Counted from the first letter of the stretch, positions 11,015 through 20,777 are shown. The stretch: DNA of 64,000 bases from an uncultured Thermococci archaeon (GCA_964549615.1 CAZJVP010000030.1:11112-75111); one strand, 5' to 3'. Numbers and translations are program-made. The notes: generated by a model from the letters alone, not told the origin.

Positions 11015-11094
11015 GCCGCGGGCGAGGATGTCCCACACCACTCCAAGAACGCATGAGCAGGGCTCTTGGGAAGGGTACACCGTCCTCCCGCGGC
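11015..11094. other. 80-nt imperfect hairpin between divergent rfcS and ahcY
   Basis: Nested pairings GCCGCGG/CCGCGGC, GAGGATG/CGTCCTC, ACC/GGT and CCAAGA/TCTTGG. Confidence 0.5.
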
Positions 11095-11135
11095 GCTGCA
11101 ATATTAAAGAGCCAGCCAATGAGAGCCGTCGCGGT

Positions 11136-12398
11136 GTGAAGTTGCAGTACAAGGTGAAGAACCTTCGTCTCTCGAAGGCGGGCGATCTCTCCGTGGAGTG
11201 GGCCGAGAGGAACATGCCCGTCTTGCGGAGCATATCTTCCGAGCTTCAATCCAAGAAGTCCCTAACCGGGATTCGCATTGCCGCTTGCCTGCACATCACC
11301 AAGGAGACCGGGGCCCTCGTGCTCGCCCTTCAGAGCGGGGGCGCCCAGGTCTCTCTCTGCCCCTCCAACCCGCTCAGCACCCAGGACGATGTGGCAGCCT
11401 CGCTGGCGAGACGAGGCATCATGGTCTATGGCTGGAAGGGACTGAGCACGAGCGAGTACTACCGTTGCATAGACCGAGCATGCAGGATACGCCCACACAT
11501 ACTGCTGGACGACGGAGCCGATCTGATATCGTACGTGCACAGGGTCAGCCCTTCCTGGATGGGGGAGGTGATGGGGGGACAGGAAGAGACGACGACGGGC
11601 GTGATCAGGTTTAGGTCCATGGAGGCGAAGGGAGTGCTGAAGTTCCCGGTCATAGCCGTCAACGACGCGAAGGTCAAGTGGGAGATGGACAACGTTTTCG
11701 GCACAGGGCAGTCGGCCCTGCACGGGATCCTCAACGGAGCGAAGATCCTCATCGCGGGAAAGACCGTGGTCGTCTGCGGCTACGGGCACTGCGGAAGGGG
11801 GATAGCGATGAGGGCGAGGGGGCTGGGAGCCCACGTCGTGGTGACGGAGGTGGATCCACACAGGGCGCTTGCCGCTTCGCTTGAGGGCTACAGGGTCATG
11901 CCGATGGAGGAGGCCGCCGCGCTGGGGGACGTCTTCATCACGGCCACGGGCAACAGGGACGTGATCAGGGCAGCCCACATGGAGAAGATGAAGGACGGGG
12001 CGATCCTGTGCAACGCAGGCCACTTCAACGTCGAGATCTCCCTCCCCGACCTTGAATCGCTCACCGAGGCGCGGCGCGAGATACAGCCGATGGTTGAGGA
12101 GCGGACGCTGGCAAACGGCCGAAGGGTGATCCTCCTAGCGGAAGGTCGATTGGTGAACCTTTCCCTAGCGTATGGGCACCCCAGCGAGGTCATGGACATG
12201 AGCTTCTCGGTCCATGCCTTGACGGCGGTCTGGCTGAAGGAAAAACACTCCGAGCTTGACCGCGGACGCGTCCACAGAGTACCTCAAGAGATCGATGACG
12301 AGGTCGCGCGCCGAAAGCTCCAGACCATGGGGCTGAGGATCGACGAGATGACCGAGCAGCAGAAGGAGTACATGCGTGCCTGGGAGCTGGGGACCTAG
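11136..12398 (+). CDS. ahcY: Adenosylhomocysteinase
   Basis: EWAERNMPVL, ACLHITKET, SNPLSTQDDVA, LDDGADL, EETTTG, GYGHCGRG, NAGHFNVEI and GHPSEVMDMSF motifs. Confidence 0.96.
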   Translation: MKLQYKVKNLRLSKAGDLSVEWAERNMPVLRSISSELQSKKSLTGIRIAACLHITKETGALVLALQSGGAQVSLCPSNPLSTQDDVAASLARRGIMVYGWKGLSTSEYYRCIDRACRIRPHILLDDGADLISYVHRVSPSWMGEVMGGQEETTTGVIRFRSMEAKGVLKFPVIAVNDAKVKWEMDNVFGTGQSALHGILNGAKILIAGKTVVVCGYGHCGRGIAMRARGLGAHVVVTEVDPHRALAASLEGYRVMPMEEAAALGDVFITATGNRDVIRAAHMEKMKDGAILCNAGHFNVEISLPDLESLTEARREIQPMVEERTLANGRRVILLAEGRLVNLSLAYGHPSEVMDMSFSVHALTAVWLKEKHSELDRGRVHRVPQEIDDEVARRKLQTMGLRIDEMTEQQKEYMRAWELGT

Positions 12399-12701
12399 AG
12401 GGACCTGAAATCTCCCGGCCACTTAGGTCCGGACGAGCTCATCAGGCACCCGGCAACCTTCATGGCCTCCCAAACGAGAATCCCTTGCGAACTGGATGCC
12501 AGCCCAAAAGTAGGCCAAAGCCTCGTCCAATTCCCGACACGATTGCCCACGAGACATCGTTGGAGGCCACGGTGAGCGTTCTTGCATCTAGGTTTTGGGA
12601 AACCGTCTCAGCGAGTCGCGGAAGGCAGCTAAACTCTTTATCAATCGGACGGCAATCCGTTGACGCACCATAATCCATGCTTTCGCACCCGTACATCTAG
12701 G

Positions 12702-13505
12702 ATGAAGGGCTACCTGCCGTCCGGCATACCCAAGTTTGATGAGTGGTTCAGGATTCCGTCCCCCGGATACACGGTCTTCTGGGTCATGCCAGAGACCTCC
12801 GCCGACCCCGCATCGTTCATCGCCAACTGGATAATCTCATCCATCCCCAAGGCAAAGTCCTTCCTCGCTCACTGCACGCGTTCCAACATCGACGGATTCA
12901 TGAAGGGGCTGTCGTCCCTTAACCCCCGCTGTGCATCCGGCCTACTGTCCCTTGGACCCAACATGCATTTCTTGGACTCATACTCGGTCAAGCTGGAACT
13001 TTTCGGCGAGCCTTTGAAACACTACAACTCCTTGGACATCCGGTACGTCACGGACGTCTCCAACCTCAGGGGCGCAGGAACCGTTTCCTACGTCCTCAGG
13101 GAGCTGCGGGAGGAGTGCTCGCTCAACAACTTCGTGGGCATCGAGAACAGCCTCACTGACCTCGCAATGGACATGGGCGAATCCCAGCACATCAGGCTTT
13201 TCTCGGAGATTGTGTCGAAGGTCGTATCCAGGCACGGCACCATGATCGGAATCGCGGACTGGTACTCCCATGGGGAGATCTACAAGGCCAACATAATACA
13301 CATAGCGAACGCGTCGATACTCTGGGGGATCACGTCGGGAAGCAGCAAGACGAAGTACCTGCTGCCCATCAAGAGGGACGGCGTTTGCCCGGCTTCCCTC
13401 TACGAGCCACAGCCCTACGATGTGGGCCCATCGGGGCTGCGGATCCTTGAGGTCAAGCCAAATGCTCAGAGGGTACCGGAAGATCCTGGCAGCTGCTACC
13501 TCTGA
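12702..13505 (+). CDS. Divergent KaiC/RAD55-like RecA-fold protein lacking Walker A
   Basis: N-terminus YLPSGIPKFDE..RIP resembles the KaiC/RAD55 start, followed by FLDSYS and a C-terminal YDVGPSGLRI. No GxxGxGKT. Confidence 0.55.
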   Translation: MKGYLPSGIPKFDEWFRIPSPGYTVFWVMPETSADPASFIANWIISSIPKAKSFLAHCTRSNIDGFMKGLSSLNPRCASGLLSLGPNMHFLDSYSVKLELFGEPLKHYNSLDIRYVTDVSNLRGAGTVSYVLRELREECSLNNFVGIENSLTDLAMDMGESQHIRLFSEIVSKVVSRHGTMIGIADWYSHGEIYKANIIHIANASILWGITSGSSKTKYLLPIKRDGVCPASLYEPQPYDVGPSGLRILEVKPNAQRVPEDPGSCYL

Positions 13506-13663
13506 GCTTCCTTCTTGCTTCCAAGGTCCACAAGCCGCACGCTATGGATCGATCCGTTCACGCCACACCACGCATGCGGGAAGCTCACGTGGGCAAGGCT
13601 GCCAGAGGTTAACCGCCATAAGTCCTGAACCATTTATATCCGCCAATCGGCGGTGGCTGCCGA

Positions 13664-14017
13664 ATGCCCGCCCAAGACGGTCATTACATTCGGAACTACA
13701 AGGAAGCCCCTCTCTTCAGGCCGGGCGGCTCGCACAGACAGATGCTGTCCCATGTCTGCCTAGGTCAAAAGACGGGCTGCGAGAGGCTCACGATCGACGT
13801 GCACAGGTATGGGCCGGGCGCGCATTCGGTCACGAACGTCCACACCAACTGCGAGCAGGTCTACTTCGTGATGGGAGGCGAAGGCGAGGCAACCGTAGGG
13901 CAGGAAACACACAGAGTGCGAAAAGGATCCGTGGTCTTCATACCCCGAAACGCACCCCACTCGATCAGGAGGACCCGAGGCGAGCTTACCCTCCTCTTCG
14001 TCTCGGTTTCTCTTTGA
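13664..14017 (+). CDS. Cupin-domain protein
   Basis: VHTNCEQVYFVMGGEG...GSVVFIPRNAPHSI cupin motifs. Confidence 0.85.
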   Translation: MPAQDGHYIRNYKEAPLFRPGGSHRQMLSHVCLGQKTGCERLTIDVHRYGPGAHSVTNVHTNCEQVYFVMGGEGEATVGQETHRVRKGSVVFIPRNAPHSIRRTRGELTLLFVSVSL

Positions 14018-14097
14018 GCACCCGTGGCGTCAACCCCTTTTGCTCCGAGCGCCGGGCGCTTTAGCCGTCAAACGCCCCCGCAAAGCCGACGACCATA

Positions 14098-15741
14098 CTA
14101 CGGTGGCCCGACCTGCCAGATCTCATCGTATCCATGTATCGGTCGCAGCGATGCCCTTGCAACGATCTTGTAGGAGGAAATGCCCTTCCCGAAACTCATC
14201 GTGACGCGGAAAGTCTTGCAGTTCGCAGGCCAGCTGGAAATGTCCTCCAAGATCGAACCATAGCCATAGATGCAGTCCAGAGGCTCAGCCCAGTACTCCA
14301 GGAACATGAACATCGGCGTATCCTTCGTGCTGACGCAGACCTTGACGTCGGCAGAGACGACCGAGGGCTTCCCGCAACTCCTCGAGATCACCGTCACATT
14401 AGCGATCTCCAAGCGAAGGCTTATGTTCGCCAACCCCTGGTAGAGGGCTTTCCAGCGTGCAGCCTCCGCCAACGCATCGTCCAACTCGGATTGGCGAGCC
14501 AGATAAAGGGTCCTCCAATAGTTCACCTCCGACTGGCATTCCGACAGGTGGACGTTCACCGTCTGGTACAGCAGGATCCAGGCATCCCTCTCCGACCGAA
14601 CCCGGGCGAGCACGGCACTGAGGTTTTCGTACATCGATCTCCAGTACCTTGCATCCTCCACCGACGCGTTGTACCTGAGATGGAGGGCTTGGTATGCGGT
14701 CCGCCAGCGGTCCAGGTCCGCTGTCATCGTTTCCAGGTCCGCGGCGAGACGATCGTAGAGGCTTCTCAGTTCCCTGTAGTCCAAGTTGCTCTTGTTCAGT
14801 GCGGCAGCGAGCCTTTCGCACCTTGATCTGCACTCTTCCATCTCCCTCAAGGCTTGCTCCAGCCTACGAACCTCCTCCTCATAGAGACCCTTGTACCTCT
14901 CGACCAAAGCGCGGCTCATCTTCAGCTCGCAGAGGAGGTCATTGTAGGAGGTTTCCAGCTCCCGGAACCGCACCACCCAGGCATCCCTCTCGCTGGTCAT
15001 CTGACGAAGATCCGAGCTTGAGACCTCCAAGAGGCACGTGAGCCTGATGATCTCAATGGTCCTGTTCATGAGTTCCTTTTCCAGAATCTCCCTGTCGGCG
15101 GCTGTCTCGTTGAACCGCCTTTTCAGCTCTTCGAGATCATCCTTGAGACCGGCGTACATTATCTGGAGGCAGTCCAAGCTACTCTTGGTCGCAAAGTACT
15201 TCCACTTCCAGTCCTCGCTTTCATTCCTGGCGTTGTCGAGCTCCATCTCCAACGCCTCCTTCTGCGAAACCGTCAGGTTCAGGACGAACTCCGTCCGCCA
15301 GTACTTGGATTCCCATTCCGCGCTCCTCTTCGCCGAAAGCTCCAGTTCGGAGCTGCACCGGACGAGATCCTCCGAACACGACTCGGCCTTGGCCTTCCAG
15401 GCATCAGCCTCATCCCGCGTCTTGTTCAGAAGCTCGGTTCTATTCCGGTAGAGAGCCCAAAGCCGGTCGTACTGATCGGCCTTGTCCCTGTACGCGCGGC
15501 GCCAAGGGGCCTTCTCGCCTTTCACGGTTCCGAACAGTCCCGACAGGTATGCGAGATAGAGCAGGGCTGCTAGTGATACCAGGGCGACGACCACCACAAG
15601 GCAAGTTCGAAGCCGACTCCGGGCCCGCCTTGGCTTGGAGACGTGAACTGGAACACTTGGAGCCAGATCACCCGGCCGGGCGCGCCTAGCCTCTATTTCG
15701 CGCATGATCTGGAGAAAGTCAAGATCCAGTTCGGAGGCCAT
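14098..15741 (-). CDS. Membrane-anchored long coiled-coil surface protein with small C-terminal beta domain
   Basis: Single hydrophobic segment (CLVVVVALVSLAALLYLAYL), long heptad-rich region, many N-x-S/T sequons, Cys-containing C-terminal domain. Confidence 0.75.
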   Translation of the reverse strand: MASELDLDFLQIMREIEARRARPGDLAPSVPVHVSKPRRARSRLRTCLVVVVALVSLAALLYLAYLSGLFGTVKGEKAPWRRAYRDKADQYDRLWALYRNRTELLNKTRDEADAWKAKAESCSEDLVRCSSELELSAKRSAEWESKYWRTEFVLNLTVSQKEALEMELDNARNESEDWKWKYFATKSSLDCLQIMYAGLKDDLEELKRRFNETAADREILEKELMNRTIEIIRLTCLLEVSSSDLRQMTSERDAWVVRFRELETSYNDLLCELKMSRALVERYKGLYEEEVRRLEQALREMEECRSRCERLAAALNKSNLDYRELRSLYDRLAADLETMTADLDRWRTAYQALHLRYNASVEDARYWRSMYENLSAVLARVRSERDAWILLYQTVNVHLSECQSEVNYWRTLYLARQSELDDALAEAARWKALYQGLANISLRLEIANVTVISRSCGKPSVVSADVKVCVSTKDTPMFMFLEYWAEPLDCIYGYGSILEDISSWPANCKTFRVTMSFGKGISSYKIVARASLRPIHGYDEIWQVGPP

Positions 15742-15846
15742 GGAGAGTTACACCCTCGATCTACTCGGACGCGGCCCTTTTCGTTTAAGTCTATCCCCGG
15801 TTCGCCCAACAAGGATTCCAATGGTTGACCATCGCCGTCCGAAACC

Positions 15847-16206
15847 TCAAACCTGAGACGATCCCGCTGGCCGGGGCAAAGAACGTTCCGATCCTTGGAG
15901 ATTCTCCTCGATCACATATTCCGCGCGGTAGCCCATCGTTCCCGAGGGTTGGAAGGAGTGCAACCTGACCTCGACGCCTAGCAAGTCGGATGCCTCGATC
16001 GCGAAGTCCTCCATGTGGTCGTATGAGCCGCAAGACCTGCATGAGCTTCCCCGGAAGGATACGACGAGCTGCCTGCCGTCGAGCCTTTCCAACCGAGCAA
16101 CGATCTCGGGTCTCCGATAGCGATTGTAGCGCAGAATGGCCGCCCTAACGCGTTCCGACACGGAACCCGCCCTTCGTCTTGTTCGCAACGCCGGCCTCCT
16201 TAGCAT
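15847..16206 (-). CDS. Conserved archaeal hypothetical protein with CxxC (NifU-C-like)
   Basis: YNRYR.PE..A.L......VV.F.G..CRSCG.YD..EDF pattern. Confidence 0.6.
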   Translation of the reverse strand: MLRRPALRTRRRAGSVSERVRAAILRYNRYRRPEIVARLERLDGRQLVVSFRGSSCRSCGSYDHMEDFAIEASDLLGVEVRLHSFQPSGTMGYRAEYVIEENLQGSERSLPRPAGSSQV

Positions 16207-16215
16207 ACTATCGTC

Positions 16216-16569
16216 TCAGATCCGCGGCCGAATCTTGGAAAGGATCTCGCCCAATGGAATCGGTCGCCTCAGGACTTCCCCAAAGCTCTCAAGCTCGGAT
16301 GGAATCTGGCCCCGCGCCCCAGCGATGAAGAATAGGGGACACCTGTCCGACAGATCCTTAATCCAGCCCAAGTTCTCGGGATTCGTGGTGTCCCTGGAGA
16401 TGTCGATGATCGTGGCGGAAGGAACGCGTCCCCCTAGATGGATCCAGTGGCATGCATCCCTGATGGCCTGAAACGAGTGAACTTGATATCCCTCCCGCGC
16501 TAGCCGTGCCTTCAGACTCGACCATGCGGCCGCATCGCGGCTGATCACGACGACTGCCTTTCCCGCCAT
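16216..16569 (-). CDS. Receiver (CheY-like) fold protein, degenerate
   Basis: Alternating beta/alpha pattern (VVVIS, L...L..EGYQV, TIIDI, FFIAG, VLRRPI). Lacks the conserved acidic pair and Lys. Confidence 0.45.
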   Translation of the reverse strand: MAGKAVVVISRDAAAWSSLKARLAREGYQVHSFQAIRDACHWIHLGGRVPSATIIDISRDTTNPENLGWIKDLSDRCPLFFIAGARGQIPSELESFGEVLRRPIPLGEILSKIRPRI

Positions 16570-17379
16570 CTACCCCACCACCACAATTCCACGCCTGCTG
16601 CACTCCCTCTGGATCCTCGTAGCCGCCTCAGAATAGATGCTTGGGTCAGGACTCAAATAGGCTTGCTGAAGCTCGGGGAAGCGGGACAAAAGGAAGGGCC
16701 TCAGCCGGGCCCAGATGCCCGGCTTGGGCCGAAAAGGGTCGAAGCCCACCTTCTTGATCCCCGCTGCAGCGAGCTTCTCGATCAGGATCTCCAGTTCCCC
16801 CGGCCGCGTGGTGATGCCGGGCATGATGGGAGCTATGAAGGCCCACGGTCGAAGGCCGGCGTCGCTGGCTTGGGCCATTGCCCTCAGCCTATCATCGAGG
16901 GACGATGCTCCGGGTTCCATCTCCCTGCGGATGCTCTCGTCTGAGCACGTGATGCTGAAGCCCAGCTCGAACTCCGAGAATCGCTTCATCAGATCATAAT
17001 CCCTGGTCACCAACGCCGATTTGGTGAGAAGCGATACTGGCACGTCGGCCTTCGCCAACTGCTCCAAGCACCTGCGGGTCAGGCAGTATTTTGCCTCAGC
17101 TGGCTGGTAGGCGTCCGTGACGCTCCCCAGCCAGACCGGCCCTTTTTCCTTTCTTGCCAGTTCCCGCGCGAGGACGGTCGGCATATTGACTCTCACGTCC
17201 ACGAAGCTGCCCCAGGTCCTCTCCTCCCTGAGGACGGCGGGCGAGTAACAGTAGACGCACCCGTGCTGGCAGCCTCTGTACGGGTTCACGGAGTACCTGA
17301 AGCCGGCTAGGCCACAGTGCCCAAGTCCGCTCCGACTCGTGACCTCCCGGATGATCGTGCCCGCCAACCTAGTGCTCAT
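16570..17379 (-). CDS. Radical SAM protein, spore photoproduct lyase-like (COG1533)
   Basis: SVNPYRGCQHGCVYCY, GSVTDAYQPAE...LTR, LTKS.LV.RD motifs. Confidence 0.88.
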   Translation of the reverse strand: MSTRLAGTIIREVTSRSGLGHCGLAGFRYSVNPYRGCQHGCVYCYSPAVLREERTWGSFVDVRVNMPTVLARELARKEKGPVWLGSVTDAYQPAEAKYCLTRRCLEQLAKADVPVSLLTKSALVTRDYDLMKRFSEFELGFSITCSDESIRREMEPGASSLDDRLRAMAQASDAGLRPWAFIAPIMPGITTRPGELEILIEKLAAAGIKKVGFDPFRPKPGIWARLRPFLLSRFPELQQAYLSPDPSIYSEAATRIQRECSRRGIVVVG

Positions 17380-17404
17380 CCGTGATCAAGGTTTGGGGCG
17401 ACGC

Positions 17405-17989
17405 TCATTCGAGCAGGAGCGCTTCCCTCAGAGCGGGGGTCAGCGACTTGAGAGGGATTACAGCCTCTCCGGAGATGAGCACGTGCTCGGTGGCCAAGAG
17501 GGGTCCCAGCATGCTGGCGGCCTGGGGCTTCCAGCCCGTGGACATCCAAGTCACGAAACGCTTGGATCCGTATTCTCCCACCTTCGGCACCAGGTCCGGA
17601 AAGTCCTTCAACAGGGTCTCTCCCTGCTTCCGATACGTCTCCAGCACCGGGGGAACCTGTTTCCCGGACTCAACAAGCCCGGCGATCAGGGCACAGCGGT
17701 GAAGCTCGAGTCTCTTGGACAGCTTTCCGACGAGCTCATAGTAGATGTTCTTGCCAACCGGCGAGTCCGTCTCCGTCTTCAGGACGTCCCCCTTGAGAAC
17801 CAGTATCTTGATGTAGATCCTGTATGTGCGGCTTGACAGCACGAGCGGCTCTGCCCTCCATCGGTGCTTTCTGCCGCACACCTCGCCCTCTAGAACATCG
17901 CTCCTCACCCTGCCCCCAAGGCGAAAGAGGGCATCCCTGATCAGCGCGTACTTGTCCTCAGGTTCCAGAATCTCCTCCATTTTCGACAC
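17405..17989 (-). CDS. Hypothetical protein
   Basis: 194-aa ORF co-oriented with the downstream radical SAM gene; no recognisable motif. Confidence 0.6.
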   Translation of the reverse strand: MSKMEEILEPEDKYALIRDALFRLGGRVRSDVLEGEVCGRKHRWRAEPLVLSSRTYRIYIKILVLKGDVLKTETDSPVGKNIYYELVGKLSKRLELHRCALIAGLVESGKQVPPVLETYRKQGETLLKDFPDLVPKVGEYGSKRFVTWMSTGWKPQAASMLGPLLATEHVLISGEAVIPLKSLTPALREALLLE

Positions 17990-18239
17990 CTGGCGCCTTC
18001 CTTTTCCGATCGGCTCCGTGCACCGCTCACCCCTTGCCGCTTATAAATCGCTGTCCCAGGGATCCAGCCCATCGCTTGAGGTCGCGTCGCGTCTCGGGCG
18101 TATTCCGGCCTTGGACTGGGAATTTGGCCCGAGCAAAGGTTGTCGTCGTTCACCAGCTCTTCAGCCCAAGACGGGCAAGCCAACCATGGAGATCGACGAC
18201 CATTTATCTACATCGAACCGACCACATCTGCCGGTCACC

Positions 18240-18830
18240 TTGACGCTGCTAAAGGATCTGGGAATGCCGGCATTCCACGCCGAAGGATGGCCCAAGATCG
18301 ATCCGGCGACCTGGAGGCTGAAGGTTTCGGGGCTCGTAAGGGATCGGCGGGTCTTCACCATCGAGGAGGTCAGAGCAATGCCATCCGTGACCGTGGACGC
18401 GCGGCTGACGTCGGTCAGCGGCTTCTCGGTCAGGGCGCCCTGGGACGGCGTGGCCTTCTCCGAGTTTCTCAAGCGGATCGAGCCCCTCGAATCCGCTTCG
18501 CATGCCACCTTCAGGAGCGTCGGCGGCTACGAATCGACCGTCAGCCTGGAGAACCTCCTGAAGCCGCGGGTAATCCTGTGCTACGGCGTCGAAGGACAGC
18601 CGCTAGAGCTGGAGTACGGAGGGCCCCTTAGGCTGCTGGTGCCGCACCTGTGGGGATACAAGAGCGTCAAGTGGCTATCTGAGATCGAGCTGACAGACCG
18701 GATGAAGGGTGGCTACTGGGAGGACCGCGGGTACAGCCGGGAGGCTGAAATCGAGCCTGGATACACCTTCGACATGAACACCCGAAAAAGGAGGCCGATA
18801 AGGGGCGGCGGGGAGGTCACGGAGTTCTGA
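18240..18830 (+). CDS. Sulfite-oxidase-family molybdopterin-binding oxidoreductase (YuiH/MsrP-like)
   Basis: WRLKVSGLV, WDGV, YGGPLRLLVPHLWGYKSVKWL and GYWEDRGY motifs. Start placed about 30 nt after a TTTATCTA TATA-like box. Confidence 0.85.
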   Translation: MTLLKDLGMPAFHAEGWPKIDPATWRLKVSGLVRDRRVFTIEEVRAMPSVTVDARLTSVSGFSVRAPWDGVAFSEFLKRIEPLESASHATFRSVGGYESTVSLENLLKPRVILCYGVEGQPLELEYGGPLRLLVPHLWGYKSVKWLSEIELTDRMKGGYWEDRGYSREAEIEPGYTFDMNTRKRRPIRGGGEVTEF

Positions 18831-18941
18831 CGCTATGGAGGGTGTCGGCCCGCCCATCACAAGTCATCGAGTAGATCTCCTCCGCTGTAGGCGTCCTCAT
18901 CCACCCAACACACCTGGCGGTTAGCAGCTTATTAATCTCAC

Positions 18942-20111
18942 ATGAAGGGAAGCATTATGACGATTCTTCTCGTGGGGATATCGGTCAGGGCAGCCGCGGA
19001 ATCGGCCGTACGGTCGGGCTACGAGGTGAGCGCCCTCGATGTCTTCGGCGACACCGACCTGCGCGCAACGTGCCCCACCCTTTCCCTGACGGACGAGCTT
19101 CGCCACCTTTACCCCGATGTCAGGTCGCAGACCATGCGCCTTTTCCTGTGCAGCAAGTTGTTGGACTTCGACGAGGTCGTCTACGGGTCCGGGTTCGAGA
19201 ATCACCCGGAGTGCGTTCGCGAATGGGAGTCGATGGGCAAGACCGTCATAGGCAACGAGTCGGAGTCCTTGGCAGCGGTCAGAGACTGGCAGAAGCTCTT
19301 CGATTTTCTCGATTCCCGAGGCATCGACCACCCGGAGACGTATGTCGTGAGAGACGTATCGAAGTTTAACCTTGGATCGATCGACGCTCACAAATTCATA
19401 GTGAAGCCCACGTCAAGCGGAGGAGGGCACGGGATACGGTTTCTCGACGAGATAGCTGCATCGCCGAATGCGTGGGATGAATGGTGTGAAAGATCGGTGC
19501 TTGTTCAAAGGGTCCTTCAGGGCACCCTTGCATCGGCCTCGTTCGTCTCGGGAGATCGGGGCTTCCGCCTGCTTTCCACGACCCGCCAGCTTGCCGGAAC
19601 CGCCTTTTCTGCCTTCCGGTACGTCGGCAACATTGCGCCCCTCGACGCGCCCCCTGCGATCAAGAGAAGGATGGAATACGTTGCTAGGGCAATCGCGACG
19701 GAATTCGGCCTCAAGGGTTCCAACGGCGTTGACTTCATCATAGCCGGTGGGCGCGTCAACGTTTTGGAGGTGAACCCGCGCATCCAGGGAAGCCTGGAGG
19801 TCGTGGAGAGGGCGTCCGGCGTGGGGGTTTTCGATGCGCATGTGAGGTCTTGCAGGGGGCAGGGGCCACCGTCCGTGCGTGCCGCCCCTGGATTTTGGGG
19901 ACGCAGGATAGTCTACGCTCCCCGCGACCTGATATCGGGCGAACTGGGGGCACTTGGCTTCACCAAGGACATCCCCCGACCCGACACCCCCCTGCGAGCC
20001 GGAGCCCCGGTGTGCACCGTTCTGGCCCACTCACGCTCCAGCCGCTGGTGTGCAAGTCTGCTCAAGCAGAGGGAGAAGAGAGTTATTAGCCTTTTGCGGC
20101 CTCCAAGCTGA
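18942..20111 (+). CDS. ATP-grasp protein (type associated with methanopterin/methanofuran C1 metabolism)
   Basis: G.S.RAAAESA..G...ALDVFGD.DL, GSGFEN, VKP...GGG.GI, GSNGVDFI, LEVNPRIQGS, DIP...T....G.PVCTV. Confidence 0.75.
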   Translation: MKGSIMTILLVGISVRAAAESAVRSGYEVSALDVFGDTDLRATCPTLSLTDELRHLYPDVRSQTMRLFLCSKLLDFDEVVYGSGFENHPECVREWESMGKTVIGNESESLAAVRDWQKLFDFLDSRGIDHPETYVVRDVSKFNLGSIDAHKFIVKPTSSGGGHGIRFLDEIAASPNAWDEWCERSVLVQRVLQGTLASASFVSGDRGFRLLSTTRQLAGTAFSAFRYVGNIAPLDAPPAIKRRMEYVARAIATEFGLKGSNGVDFIIAGGRVNVLEVNPRIQGSLEVVERASGVGVFDAHVRSCRGQGPPSVRAAPGFWGRRIVYAPRDLISGELGALGFTKDIPRPDTPLRAGAPVCTVLAHSRSSRWCASLLKQREKRVISLLRPPS

Positions 20112-20777
20112 GTGCAGTCGCTGCCCTTCATCTTCGCATCGGCCTTCGTCATCGGGCTTACGGGCGCGATGATGCCGGGGCCGGTTCTCGTCGCAACGAT
20201 AAATCGATCGGCCAGGATCGGCTTCAGGGCCGGTCCGCTCGTCGTCCTTGGCCATGCGATCATTGAGGCGGCGCTCGTCATAGCCGTGATCCTAGGCTTG
20301 GGCGCGGCCCTCCAGAAGCCGCTGCTGATCAAGCCGATAATGCTGGTGGGGGGGTCCGTGTTGATCGTCCTGGGCGCCAACATCCTGAACGAGGTAAGGA
20401 CGGGCAAGGCCGCCCTTCCTGGGGGGCCGGACCCCTCGTCCCGGCAGGTTCAGGAATCACTACTTAGGCCCGTCGTGGAAGGAATCGTGCTGAGCGCCTC
20501 AAACCCCTATTGGACGCTCTGGTGGGCGACCATAGGCTTGACCTACATCGCGATAGCGAGCCAGTCGGGGCCGCTTGGGATCCCCGCTTTCTACAGCGGA
20601 CACATACTTTCGGATCTTGCCTGGTATAGCGCTGTGGCGGCGGGCGTAGTCGTTGGCACAAGACGCGTTACAGGCCTGGGCTATAGGTTGATACTGGCCG
20701 GGTGCAGCATTTTCCTGATAGCGCTTGGCTTCCTTTTCGCGTGGCGGGGTACCTCGGGTTTGGCCGCGATGCTGTGA
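20112..20777 (+). CDS. LysE-family translocator
   Basis: GLTGAMMPGP, G.LVVLGHAIIE, SASNPYW.LWWATIG and GHILSDL.WY motifs; multiple transmembrane segments. Confidence 0.88.
   Translation: MQSLPFIFASAFVIGLTGAMMPGPVLVATINRSARIGFRAGPLVVLGHAIIEAALVIAVILGLGAALQKPLLIKPIMLVGGSVLIVLGANILNEVRTGKAALPGGPDPSSRQVQESLLRPVVEGIVLSASNPYWTLWWATIGLTYIAIASQSGPLGIPAFYSGHILSDLAWYSAVAAGVVVGTRRVTGLGYRLILAGCSIFLIALGFLFAWRGTSGLAAML

Noticed and set aside
11086-11135. SAH riboswitch upstream of ahcY (GCGCTGCAA matches part of the consensus)
   Set aside because: The flanking GAGGA and downstream CAxxxGCGCTC pseudoknot elements are absent.
12400-12460. Hammerhead ribozyme or C/D-box RNA (minus-strand CTGATGAG)
   Set aside because: No correctly placed GAAA/UH core and no downstream CTGA D box.
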